From: Thermoanaerobaculia bacterium
Lineage (GTDB): Bacteria; Acidobacteriota; Thermoanaerobaculia; Multivoradales; UBA5704
Reading direction: 5' to 3'
Length of the DNA stretch: 44,958 nucleotides
NCBI GenBank assembly: GCA_044226625.1
Contig: JBGAGQ010000056.1
Span: 1-44,958 of the forward strand
Part shown: positions 8,676 to 17,292 of the stretch, one piece after another
How the letters are laid out: each line of letters opens with the position of its first letter
Position numbering within the stretch: the stretch's first letter is position 1
Notes under the pieces: model-generated
Database searches by the model: none
What the model saw: only the letters and a program-made list of their open reading frames with translations
What the model was told of the DNA's origin: nothing
Made by a program: the position numbers and the translations under genes

Positions 8676-9745
8676 TCTCGAGCGAGGCGCCGCTCCTCGT
8701 CTTCGTCGGAGCCGGCGGAGTCGGCAAGACCACCCTGGCCGCCTCGACCGCCGTGCGCGCGGCGCGGGAAGGGAAGCGGACGCTGGTGATGACGTTCGAT
8801 CCCTCGCTCCGGCTCAAGGACGCCCTCGGTGTGGGCGAGGAAGCGCGCGACGCGGAGATCCCGGTGAGCCTTTCCGGCCTCGATCCGCTCCGCCCCGGCG
8901 GCTCGCTCGCGGCGAGCCTGCTCGACGCGCGGCGGACCTTCGACCGTCTGATCGAGCGCTACGCCCCAGACCCGGGGGCGCGCGACCGCATCCTCGACAA
9001 CTCCTTCTACGCCCAGCTCTCCGGCTCGCTCGGCGGGATCCTCGAATACATGGCGGTCGAACGGCTGTTCGAGGCGGCGCGCGACGGCCGCTACGATCAG
9101 GTGGTCCTCGACACGCCGCCCACGCGGCAGGCGCTCGACTTTCTGGAAGCGCCCGCGCGGATCGTCGGCTTCCTCGATAGCGGAGCGCTCAAGGTGGCGC
9201 TCAAGCCCTGGTTCGACGAGGCGGGCAGGCTCCGCTCTGCCGCCCGGTGGGGAGGGCTCGGCCGGCGCTTCGAGCGCTTCCTCGACGAAGTGGTCGGGCT
9301 CGACCTGTTGCGTGACATGGCCGAGTTCTTCCAGGCGTTCGCGCCGCTGTTCGCCGGCTTCCGCCAGCGCGCGAGCGAGGTCGAATCGCTGCTCCGCTCG
9401 CCGCGCACCCGCTTCGTTCTGGTCGCGGGCCCCGGGGAGGAGGCGATCCCCGACGCGCTGTTCTTCGCCCGCCGGCTCGGCCAGGCGGGGCTACATCTCG
9501 GCGTTCTGGTGGTGAATCGGGTTCACCCGCGGCTGCCGCAACTCTCGACCGGTGCCCCGCGGGACGGCCGCCACCTCCTGGCCTGGCTCGGGGAGCGCGA
9601 TCACCAAGGGCTCGCTCGGCTACAAGAGCTCGCCGGGACGCGGCAACCGCTTCTGCCGGTCCCCCTCTCGCCGGACGAGCCGACCGACCTTCCGGCGCTC
9701 GCCGCTCTCGGCGATTTCCTGGCCGAAGGGCTCGCGAAGGCGTGA
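8666..9745 (+). CDS. ArsA/Get3-related P-loop ATPase (second of pair)
   Basis: GAGGVGKTT, TFDPSLRL.DALG, EYMAVERL, VVLDTPPTRQALDFLEAP and VVNRVHP. GTG 8666 follows GGGAG and overlaps the upstream stop. Confidence 0.85.
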   Translation: MELISSEAPLLVFVGAGGVGKTTLAASTAVRAAREGKRTLVMTFDPSLRLKDALGVGEEARDAEIPVSLSGLDPLRPGGSLAASLLDARRTFDRLIERYAPDPGARDRILDNSFYAQLSGSLGGILEYMAVERLFEAARDGRYDQVVLDTPPTRQALDFLEAPARIVGFLDSGALKVALKPWFDEAGRLRSAARWGGLGRRFERFLDEVVGLDLLRDMAEFFQAFAPLFAGFRQRASEVESLLRSPRTRFVLVAGPGEEAIPDALFFARRLGQAGLHLGVLVVNRVHPRLPQLSTGAPRDGRHLLAWLGERDHQGLARLQELAGTRQPLLPVPLSPDEPTDLPALAALGDFLAEGLAKA

Positions 9746-9768
9746 TCGCGTGCCGGCCGCACGGGTTT

Positions 9769-9820
9769 TGACGCACCGCGGCAAAGACTCTTGACGAATC
9801 ATGCCGCAGCGCGGTAATTT
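9769..9820 (+). promoter_or_regulatory. phaR promoter with two 15-bp imperfect dyads (candidate PhaR operators)
   Basis: TGACGCACCGCGGCA at 9769-9783, TTGACG (-35-like) at 9791-9796, and TGCCGCAGCGCGGTA at 9802-9816 running into a TAATTT -10-like box. Confidence 0.6.
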
Positions 9821-9892
9821 TACTTCGCCGGGGCTCGGTTCCTACGAGCCGAGCCTCCTACCAGCAACAGACGAACCGAAAGAAGGTACCGA

Positions 9893-10336
9893 ATGGTCCG
9901 CCTGATCAAGCGTTACGAAAGCCGCAAGCTCTACGACACCGAGGAGAGCCGTTACGTCGGTCTCGACGAGATCGCCACCTGGGTCCGTGAGGGGCAGGAG
10001 ATCCGCGTGGTGGACAACGGCACCGGATCGGACGTGACGCCGCAGACCCTCACCCAGATCATCCTGGACGAGGGTCGCAAGGGCACCTCGTTCCTTCCGA
10101 GCGATCTGCTGCACGATCTCGTGCGGCTCGGCGAGCGGGCGGTGAACGCCGGCAAGGAGCAGCTGGCGCAGGGGGTCGACAAGCTGGTGCAGGCCTCGAT
10201 CGACCACCTGGGGCCGGTGCGCAAGGTGCGCGAAGAGATGGCGAGCCTGCGCAGCCGTCTGGAGGATCTCGAAGCTTCGCTCGCCGATCTCGAGCCCGCG
10301 GTCGGCGCGAAGAACGAAGGGGCCGAGCCGAGCTGA
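9893..10336 (+). CDS. phaR: Polyhydroxyalkanoate synthesis regulator PhaR-type DNA-binding protein
   Basis: IKRYESRKLYDTEESRYVGLDEI..WVREG.EI.VVD..TG.DVT..TL.QII is the PHB/PHA accumulation regulator N-terminal signature. C-terminal coiled coil. Confidence 0.9.
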   Translation: MVRLIKRYESRKLYDTEESRYVGLDEIATWVREGQEIRVVDNGTGSDVTPQTLTQIILDEGRKGTSFLPSDLLHDLVRLGERAVNAGKEQLAQGVDKLVQASIDHLGPVRKVREEMASLRSRLEDLEASLADLEPAVGAKNEGAEPS

Positions 10337-10397
10337 CCTTACGACGGTCGGGTTCATCACGAAGTGAGCATTGGGTCCGAAACCCAAGGAGAGTCAC

Positions 10398-10790
10398 ATG
10401 ATCCAAGAAATCGAGAACGCGACCGACAAGACCGGTGCCGCGCTTCAGAAGATGGGCCGCGAAATCGCGGCGACCGGCCGCAACGCCTGGCTCGCGAGCC
10501 TGGGCATCGTGGCGGAAGTGGATGAGCAGGGGCGCGACTGGTTCGACCGTCTGGTCGAGCGCGGTCGTCCGATCGCCCAGAAGCAGAAGGCGACGTTCGC
10601 CGACGCGACCGACAAGGTCGAGCGGTCGATGCGCGGGATCGGCAAGCTGGTCAATGACACCGTGGAATATGAGGTTCGCGGCGCCCTCGGGCGATTCGGC
10701 CTCGCGACGCGCGACGATCTGAAGGCGCTCGAGCGCCGGCTGGAAACCCTTTCGCGCGAGCTCGACGAGCTCACCGTCGTCGGCTCCTAG
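10398..10790 (+). CDS. Phasin / PHA granule-associated protein (PhaI-like)
   Basis: RNAWLASLG...FDRLVERG...ALGRFGLATRDDLKALERRLE. AAGGAG RBS. Confidence 0.85.
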   Translation: MIQEIENATDKTGAALQKMGREIAATGRNAWLASLGIVAEVDEQGRDWFDRLVERGRPIAQKQKATFADATDKVERSMRGIGKLVNDTVEYEVRGALGRFGLATRDDLKALERRLETLSRELDELTVVGS

Positions 10791-10834
10791 CCGTTTCAAC
10801 GCCGTACCCAACTTCAGATAAAAGGGACATTCCC

Positions 10835-11227
10835 ATGGCGACTCAAGACAAGAAGATCCAAGACGAGGTGAAGGACTCCGCCCACCGCATCTGGCTCGCG
10901 GGGCTCGGCGCTCTCGCGGCCGCCGAAGAGGAGGGCTCGAAGCTGTTCGCCCGCCTGGTCGAGCGGGGCAAGGATTTCGAGGCCGACGGCAAAGAGCAGT
11001 TCTCGAAGGCCAAGAAGAAGGCGGAGAAGGTCTACGAGGACGTGAGCGAGACGATCGACGACAAGGTGACCGCCGCGCTCCATCGCCTCGGCGTGCCGAC
11101 CCGCGACGAGATCAAGCGCCTGACCAAGAAGGTCGAGGAATTGACCGCCAAGGTCGAGCAGCTCAAGCCGAAGGCCGCCGTGGTCGACGACGAGAAAAAG
11201 ACGCCGGCCCGGAAGAAGGCCGAGTAA
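10835..11227 (+). CDS. Phasin / PHA granule-associated protein (PhaF-like, short Lys-rich tail)
   Basis: SAHRIWLAGLGAL...EGSKLFARLVERG...ALHRLGVPTRDEI..L..KVE.L, with tail KPKAA...PARKKAE. Confidence 0.9.
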   Translation: MATQDKKIQDEVKDSAHRIWLAGLGALAAAEEEGSKLFARLVERGKDFEADGKEQFSKAKKKAEKVYEDVSETIDDKVTAALHRLGVPTRDEIKRLTKKVEELTAKVEQLKPKAAVVDDEKKTPARKKAE

Positions 11228-11252
11228 CGAAGTTCGGTTTTCCCGGCATCCC

Positions 11253-11356
11253 AGCCCTCACCCCCGGCCCCTCTCCCGAAGGGAGAGGGGAGCCAAAGCG
11301 AGGATGCTCATGAGTTCTCCTCTCTCCCTTTGGGAGAGGGGCCGGGGGTGAGGGCT
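11253..11356. repeat. Inverted doublet of 40-bp REP-like palindromic elements
   Basis: agccctcacccccggcccctctcccgaagggagaggggag (11253-11292) is the reverse complement of 11317-11356 with 2 mismatches. Each arm has its own ctctccc-nnn-gggagag hairpin. The spacer is 24 nt. Confidence 0.9.
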
Positions 11357-11367
11357 AAGCCGGAGGG

Positions 11368-12630
11368 GTGTTGAGCGTGAGCAAGGCACGGGTGGCAGGG
11401 AGCAGGAAAGAGCCGTCGACAGGTTCGAAGATCGGCCTCGCCTTGGCGGGCGGTGGGCTCGAAGGGGCGATCTACGAGATCGGCGCGTTGCGCGCGCTCG
11501 ACGAGGTGCTCGACGGCTTCGACTTCAACGACGCCCACATCTACGTCGGCGTCTCCGCTGGAGCGTTTCTTTCCGCCTGCCTGGCGAACGATCTCACCAC
11601 CGCGCAGATGTGCAGGGCGATCGTCTCGTCCGAGCCCGGCGAGCACCCCTTCGTGGCGGAGACGTTTCTCACTCCCGCGTTTATTCGCGTCGCGGGCGCC
11701 GCCGGCACGCTGCCGCGGCTCCTCTTCGAAGCGATCCAGGATTACGTCGCGCGTCCGGCCGAGAAGTCGTTCCTCGGCTCGCTCACCCGGCTCGCGCGGT
11801 CGCTGCCGGTAGGCCTGTTCGACAACCAGCCGATCCGCCGCTATCTCGAGCGGATTTGGAGCATCAAGGGGCGGACCGACGACTTCCGAAAGTTGGGCAA
11901 GCGCCTTGTGGTGGTCGCGACGGACCTCGACTCCGGCCAGGCGGTGCGGTTCGGCGAACCGGGATTCGATCACGTGCCGATCTCGAAAGCGGTGCAGGCG
12001 AGCTCGGCGCTGCCGGGTATCTATCCGCCGGTCGAGATCGACGGCCGCCATCTCGTCGACGGCGTGTTGATCAAGACGCTCCACGCCTCGGTCGCCCTCG
12101 AAGCGGGCGCCGACCTCGTGCTCTGCGTCAATCCGATCGTCCCGGTCGACACCGCCCGCGCCCGCGGTGCCGGGTACGACGGGCATCTCAACCTGATGAA
12201 TCTCGGCCTGCCGACCATCCTGTCCCAGACCTTCCGGACGCTGATCCACTCGCGGCTGGAAATCGGTATGGCGGCCTATCAGACGAAGTTCCCCCAGTCC
12301 GACGTCGTCCTCTTCGAACCGGATTGCGACGACCACCGGATGTTCTTCACCAACATCTTCGGCTTCTCCGAGCGGCGCATGGTCGCCGACCACGCCTATC
12401 GGATGACCCGCCGCGACCTCGCGCGACGCGCGCCCGAGCTCGCTCCGCTGCTCGGGCGGCACGGCATCACGCTGCGCACCGACAAGCTCGAGGATCTCGA
12501 CCAGACCCTCTGGGAGAGCGTGGGACCGGGCGGCCGCGGCCAGTCCCGGCGCGAGTCGAAGAGCGACGTCGCCGACCGGCTCGACTCCGCCCTCGACCGG
12601 CTCGACGCCTGGATGGACGCGCAGAACTAG
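11368..12630 (+). CDS. Patatin-like phospholipase/esterase (candidate storage-polymer depolymerase)
   Basis: LALAGGGLEG oxyanion loop, GVSAG nucleophile motif, ASSALPG.YPPVEIDG and the DG catalytic Asp. Start is 11368 or 11377. Confidence 0.9.
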   Translation: MLSVSKARVAGSRKEPSTGSKIGLALAGGGLEGAIYEIGALRALDEVLDGFDFNDAHIYVGVSAGAFLSACLANDLTTAQMCRAIVSSEPGEHPFVAETFLTPAFIRVAGAAGTLPRLLFEAIQDYVARPAEKSFLGSLTRLARSLPVGLFDNQPIRRYLERIWSIKGRTDDFRKLGKRLVVVATDLDSGQAVRFGEPGFDHVPISKAVQASSALPGIYPPVEIDGRHLVDGVLIKTLHASVALEAGADLVLCVNPIVPVDTARARGAGYDGHLNLMNLGLPTILSQTFRTLIHSRLEIGMAAYQTKFPQSDVVLFEPDCDDHRMFFTNIFGFSERRMVADHAYRMTRRDLARRAPELAPLLGRHGITLRTDKLEDLDQTLWESVGPGGRGQSRRESKSDVADRLDSALDRLDAWMDAQN

Positions 12631-12650
12631 AAGCGCCGGAGGAGCGGGCC

Positions 12651-13277
12651 GTGAAGCTCTGCCCGAAGGTGATCCTCGAAGGCACGCGCCTCACCCACAA
12701 GACCGACCTCGCCTTCGCGCTCAACGAGCATCCGCGGGTCGTCGGCCCGCGCAAATACCGCTACCCCTCGCCACTCATCTCCGCCGAGTGGTGCGCCTTC
12801 ACGAACGTCCCCTGGGGCCGGGGGCTGATCAACTTCGCTCACGAAGAAGAGGCCCAGGCGCTCGAAACCTACGCCACCTGGGCACGCCTGTTCGAATTGC
12901 AGCGCTACTACTCGTGGATCGTCGACCGCTTTCACCTGTCGACGATTTCCCACCAGCTCGCCGCAACGGGCAAGCTCTACGACTTCCGTTGGCTCGAAGA
13001 GCGCCTGCTGCCGCTCAACTTCCGCATCGTCCTCTGCCGGCGCGCCCCCGAATCCTTCGCCGCCGCGCGCGAGGAGCGCCTGAAGATCTCGGGCAACCCG
13101 AGCCAGTACGACCGGCTCGAGCCCTTTCTCGAAGAGCAAGACCGCCTGGCCGACATCGCCGCTCGCTCGATCCTGCCGGTCTACACCCTCGACGTCACCC
13201 ACGACGACATCGCCCGCGCGGCGAACGAAGTGGCGGACTGGCTCGAAGCGACCGGCGGGCTCACGATGCCGGACTAA
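12651..13277 (+). CDS. Hypothetical protein with a divergent thymidylate-kinase-like P-loop fold
   Basis: GGAGGAG RBS before GTG 12651. VILEGTRLTHKT (Walker-A-like), WIVDRFHLS (DR motif) and a terminal LDVT. Codon usage looks gene-like. Confidence 0.7.
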   Translation: MKLCPKVILEGTRLTHKTDLAFALNEHPRVVGPRKYRYPSPLISAEWCAFTNVPWGRGLINFAHEEEAQALETYATWARLFELQRYYSWIVDRFHLSTISHQLAATGKLYDFRWLEERLLPLNFRIVLCRRAPESFAAAREERLKISGNPSQYDRLEPFLEEQDRLADIAARSILPVYTLDVTHDDIARAANEVADWLEATGGLTMPD

Positions 13278-13326
13278 GGAGCGGCGGTCCGACGGCGCGA
13301 AACCGGAGAATCCGTTTTTCGACCGT

Positions 13327-13648
13327 TTCGGGAGCTTCCCGAGCGATTCTTGATCCAGGAAAATGAATTCCCAACCGGGGAAATGATTTTTTAAGCCGAA
13401 AAATCGTTTTTTATCTCCGGGAATCGCTTTTCTAAGTCCAGGAGTCGTTTTTTGACCGTGAAAATCGATTCTCCACCGTAAAAGATCGATTTCTGACCCA
13501 GAAATTTGATTCCGGGAGCTGAAAATTCATTCTGCCGGACAGAAATTCAAAAATTAGTCTCGAAAAACGATTTTCGGAGTTAAAAAATCATTTCCCCGGT
13601 TGGGAATTCATTTTCCTGGATCAAGAATCGCGCGAGGAAGCTCCCGAA
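13327..13648. repeat. AT-rich element with ~68-bp terminal inverted repeats and an internal ~20-21-bp periodic array
   Basis: 13343-13394 is the exact reverse complement of 13580-13631 (52 bp), extending imperfectly to 13327 and 13648. About 14 units of A-tract/ATCG-like core/T-tract. Confidence 0.9.
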
Positions 13649-13779
13649 GCGATCTCGGCGTTGAGATTTCGATTTCTCGCGTCGTGCGGGGTTCAAGAGC
13701 AGGAAGGAGTCGGTCCGCGGCGAGTTCTGTCCCTTTTGCCTGCCGATCGAGGCGTGCCGAGTACGACTCACTGCGGGCC

Positions 13780-13979
13780 ATGCCGGCGAGTCTCGCATCG
13801 AGTTCCTCCAATGAGATCCCCTCTCCAACGCTCTGCGCTCCAGCTCTTCGGCAAGGGCGGCGAGCTCGTCTGGGTCTTCCTGCTCCGAGCTGGCGAGCCG
13901 ATTCGGCGCTCAATCTTGCCCTTCGCTTCCGGGCTATGGGGAGCACAAGAGTCGACGTGGAATCGTGCCGCCTACGCAT
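13780..13979 (-). pseudogene. Frameshifted remnant of a putative addiction-module component
   Basis: Joining two frames gives LVLPIARKRRARL / LASSEQEDPDELAALAEELERR / GEGISLEELDARL, resembling the LP..ERA.LA..L..S....E..RR...G..I..EE pattern of TIGR02574-type proteins. Confidence 0.4.
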
Positions 13980-14703
13980 AGCGCCCAGGTCAAAAAGCGA
14001 CTGACGGCGACCGCGTAGGCGCCGCGGGTGTTCGGGTCCGCACGATGCCGTTTTCGGTGTTCTCTGGCTCGTTCAAGCCTTCTCCTTGGATTCTGGTTTC
14101 AGGAACAAACGCTCGAAGGCCCCTGGCTTTGCGTAGGAAAGCCGCGATCTGCTTTTGTGGCCTTCTACGGGGCCGTGGATTTCGGCGTATGACTTTTCGG
14201 GCGCGAGGTCGGCCGGCGGTGTCGTGAGGGCGGGTGGCTCGGGCGCCTCAGGATCCGCCCCAACGCGCTCCAACTTTGGGATGTCAGCGGTGGGGATCTC
14301 GTTCATCGAAGTCTCCGGTTGGAACCCCCTTACAGGCCCAGGTACGTGGCCAGCTTGGGGACATAGGACTGCGCGGCCAATTGGGTGACGTTGAGGAAGA
14401 CGCCTAGCGACAGGAGAGGCGCGCATGGATGAGTCCGGGCTCTGGCTTCACCCGGTTCAGCCATCGCATTAAAAGAGGCGGCCGGTGAGAGAAAACTATA
14501 TCGGCTGCGATACTGTTTCTGGCTATGCGACATAAAAGACGTTATGTCTTGCATAAGAATTGATCGCGCAGGCTCGCCTTGAGGTTCCCCTGACGAAATG
14601 TAGTTGTGAAGATTGGCCCAACCTGGCGATCAGACGGTCTTGCGATCTCGAATTTCCCTTCGTCTTCACACTGCCCCTAGAAGCATGCGGCGGCCCGTGT
14701 CGC

Positions 14704-17145
14704 CTAGTTCGCCCGCAACGCGTCGCTCGGATCAATCCGGCTCGCTCGCGCGGCCGGTAACCAGCAGGCCGCCAGCCCGACCGTCGTCATCGTCGTTGCG
14801 ACCAGCACCAGTGTGAGTGGATCGCGCGAGGCGACGCCGAACAGTAGGCCTTCGATGAAGCGGGCGAGCGCGAGCGCGCCCGCTACGCCGGCCGCGAGTC
14901 CGAGGCCTACCAGCAGGCCGCCCTCCCGGACGATCATCGCCGTCACGCGCGACGGTGCGGCACCGAGCGCCATCCGAATGCCGATCTCGTTCGTGCGCGC
15001 GCTGACGTTGAACGCGAGCACGGCGGCGATCCCGATCGATGCGATCACCAGCGCGAGGAGGCCGAACCCCCCGAGCAGGATTGCATTCAGCCGGCGCGGC
15101 CCGACGCTTTCGTCGCGTACGGCTTCGAGCGGCATGACGTGCTCGATCGGTTGATCCGGCGCGACGGACCGGATGATCTCTCGCGCCGGCGTGGCCAGAT
15201 TCGTCGGATCGACGGTGCTGCGAATTACCAGCCCTCCCGGCGGGAATTCGGCTTGCGCCACCGGAAGGAACGCGACCGGCGACGGGGGGGCGTCGAGGCC
15301 GCCGTCCTTCGTGTCGTTCACGACGCCGACCACGGTGCGCCAATCGTCCGGGGTGATGCCGATGAAGCGCAGCACGTCGCCGGTCCATGCGACGCGACGG
15401 CCGATCGGATCGACGTCCGCGAACAGCCGGTTGGCCAGCGTCTGGTTGAGGATCACGACCTTGGCGGAGGAAGACCCGTCTCCCGAGGTGAATTCGCGGC
15501 CCTTGCGCAAGGGGATGCCGCCCGCGCGAAAGTAGCCCGGGTCTGCCGTGCGATATTCCGCCGTCGGCGTCGCGCCCTCGATCTTTCGCCCCTGCGCCTT
15601 GATCTCCAGCTGAACCTGGCTCGCGCGTAACGGGACCGTAAACCCCAGCCCAACGATCTCGACGCCCGGCAGCGTCTCCAGCTCGCGCCGCATCTCCTCG
15701 TAGCGCCGTCCGGCCTTTGCGAAGTCGGTGACGGCGGCGAAGTCGAGCGGCACCTCCATCGTGAGGACGTTCTTCGGATTGAGCCCCGGGTCGACCGCCG
15801 CGAGACGCTGCATCGAGCGCACCAGCAGGCCCGCGCCGGACAACAGCACCACCGACACGGCAACCTGCGTGATCACGAGCGCTTGCTGCAACCGCCTGCG
15901 GCGCGCGCTGCCGGTGGTCTTGACGCTGCCGGCAGCCAGGCTGGCGCCCAGCGAATGTTCTGCGCCGACTCGCGGGACGAACGACAACAGGACCGCGATC
16001 GTCACGGCGAGCAGCGCCGTAAACGCTAGCACCATCCAATCCACACGAATCTCGTCGGCGCGCGGAGAGAACCGCGCGACGAAACTCGACAACGTCCCGA
16101 CACCGCAGAAGGCAACGAGCAGGCCGAGCGCGGCGCCGGCGCCGGCGAGCACGAGGTTTTCCACCAGCAGCAGCTTCCGCAGTCGCGCCGCACCGGCACC
16201 GAGCGCCGCGCGCACCGTCATTTCGTGCTCGCGGCGCACGCCGCGCATCAGCGTCAGATTCGCCACGTTCGCGCACGCGATGACCAGCACGAGCGCCGCG
16301 ACTCCCATCAGCATCCACAGGGTGAGCCGCGCATCGCGTCCCAGGATTTCCTTGAACGGAATCAGCTCGACGGTATATCCCGCGGCCCTTTCGTAGGCCT
16401 CCGGATACTGCGCGTGAACGCGGCGCGTGATCACGCCGACTTCCTGGCGCGCCTGCTCGACCGTGGCACCCGGCGCCAAGCGCGCGATCATCTCCGTCAT
16501 CCGGTGGCTTCGCCCCTGCACCATCAGCGCGCTCACGTGATGCTCGCTGATCGACATGTTCATCAGCGCGTCGATCCGCCCAGGGAAGAACGGCGCCGGT
16601 TCGAGCACGCCGATCACCTCGACCTGGCGCTTGCTGACCTGCAGGAACTTGCCGACGATGCCGGGGTCGCCGGCGAAATGCGTCATCCAAAACGCGTGCG
16701 CGAGCAGGATCACCGGCGCCGCCCCCGCCCCGTCGTCCGACGACCGGAACCCGCGGCCCAGGATCGGAGAGAGGCCCATCACGCTCAGGTAGTTGCCCGT
16801 CACCAGCCCGACGTCGATCTGGGAGGCGTCGTCCGCCTCGATCAACGACAGCGTGAGAGGCGAGTACTCGGCGATCTGCTGCATCGTGCGCGACTGGGCA
16901 CGGAAGTCGTTGATCTCCGGCACCGAGAACGCAATGTTCGTCTGTCCCTGATTCGCCGTATGGTGCCGCAGGTACATCAGCCGATCGCCATCGGCGTGCG
17001 GTAATGGTCGCAGGAAGACGCCACGGACCGCGGAGAAGATCGCCGTATTGGCGCCGATCCCGAGGCCGAGGGTCATCACCACCGCGATCGCGAACCCTTT
17101 GGCGCCCAACAGCGAGCGGAGGACGTAGCGGAGGTCGAGAGACAT
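14704..17145 (-). CDS. ADOP-family duplicated ABC permease (two MacB-PCD/FtsX units)
   Basis: DLRY..RSL, LGLGIGANTAIFS, LVIACANVANL, R.HE..VRAALGAG, QVAVSVVLL.GAGL, RTNEIGIRMALGA and PAARASRIDP..ALR. Confidence 0.92.
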   Translation of the reverse strand: MSLDLRYVLRSLLGAKGFAIAVVMTLGLGIGANTAIFSAVRGVFLRPLPHADGDRLMYLRHHTANQGQTNIAFSVPEINDFRAQSRTMQQIAEYSPLTLSLIEADDASQIDVGLVTGNYLSVMGLSPILGRGFRSSDDGAGAAPVILLAHAFWMTHFAGDPGIVGKFLQVSKRQVEVIGVLEPAPFFPGRIDALMNMSISEHHVSALMVQGRSHRMTEMIARLAPGATVEQARQEVGVITRRVHAQYPEAYERAAGYTVELIPFKEILGRDARLTLWMLMGVAALVLVIACANVANLTLMRGVRREHEMTVRAALGAGAARLRKLLLVENLVLAGAGAALGLLVAFCGVGTLSSFVARFSPRADEIRVDWMVLAFTALLAVTIAVLLSFVPRVGAEHSLGASLAAGSVKTTGSARRRRLQQALVITQVAVSVVLLSGAGLLVRSMQRLAAVDPGLNPKNVLTMEVPLDFAAVTDFAKAGRRYEEMRRELETLPGVEIVGLGFTVPLRASQVQLEIKAQGRKIEGATPTAEYRTADPGYFRAGGIPLRKGREFTSGDGSSSAKVVILNQTLANRLFADVDPIGRRVAWTGDVLRFIGITPDDWRTVVGVVNDTKDGGLDAPPSPVAFLPVAQAEFPPGGLVIRSTVDPTNLATPAREIIRSVAPDQPIEHVMPLEAVRDESVGPRRLNAILLGGFGLLALVIASIGIAAVLAFNVSARTNEIGIRMALGAAPSRVTAMIVREGGLLVGLGLAAGVAGALALARFIEGLLFGVASRDPLTLVLVATTMTTVGLAACWLPAARASRIDPSDALRAN

Positions 17146-17292
17146 AGGGAAGCTCGGCAACGGTACGGCCCGCCGGGGGAGCGCGACGGTGCGCTCCCGG
17201 GTGGCAAACGTTGGCGGGTCGAAGCGTAACGGATCGGAGGGGTGTTTGAAACGCCGCGGAGAGGGCGATTTCCCCGCGGAGGTCCCTGCTCC

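Noticed and set aside
7755-9745. Arsenic-resistance arsA genes
   Set aside because: No metal-binding Cys residues and no arsB, acr3, arsC, arsD or arsR nearby. The context is storage-granule genes.
11610-12650. N-terminal 347 codons of the 555-aa ORF
   Set aside because: An out-of-frame overlap with the patatin gene. The real gene starts at GTG 12651 after a strong RBS.
13327-13648. CRISPR array or autonomous IS element
   Set aside because: No constant repeat with spacers, no transposase, and no clear target-site duplication.
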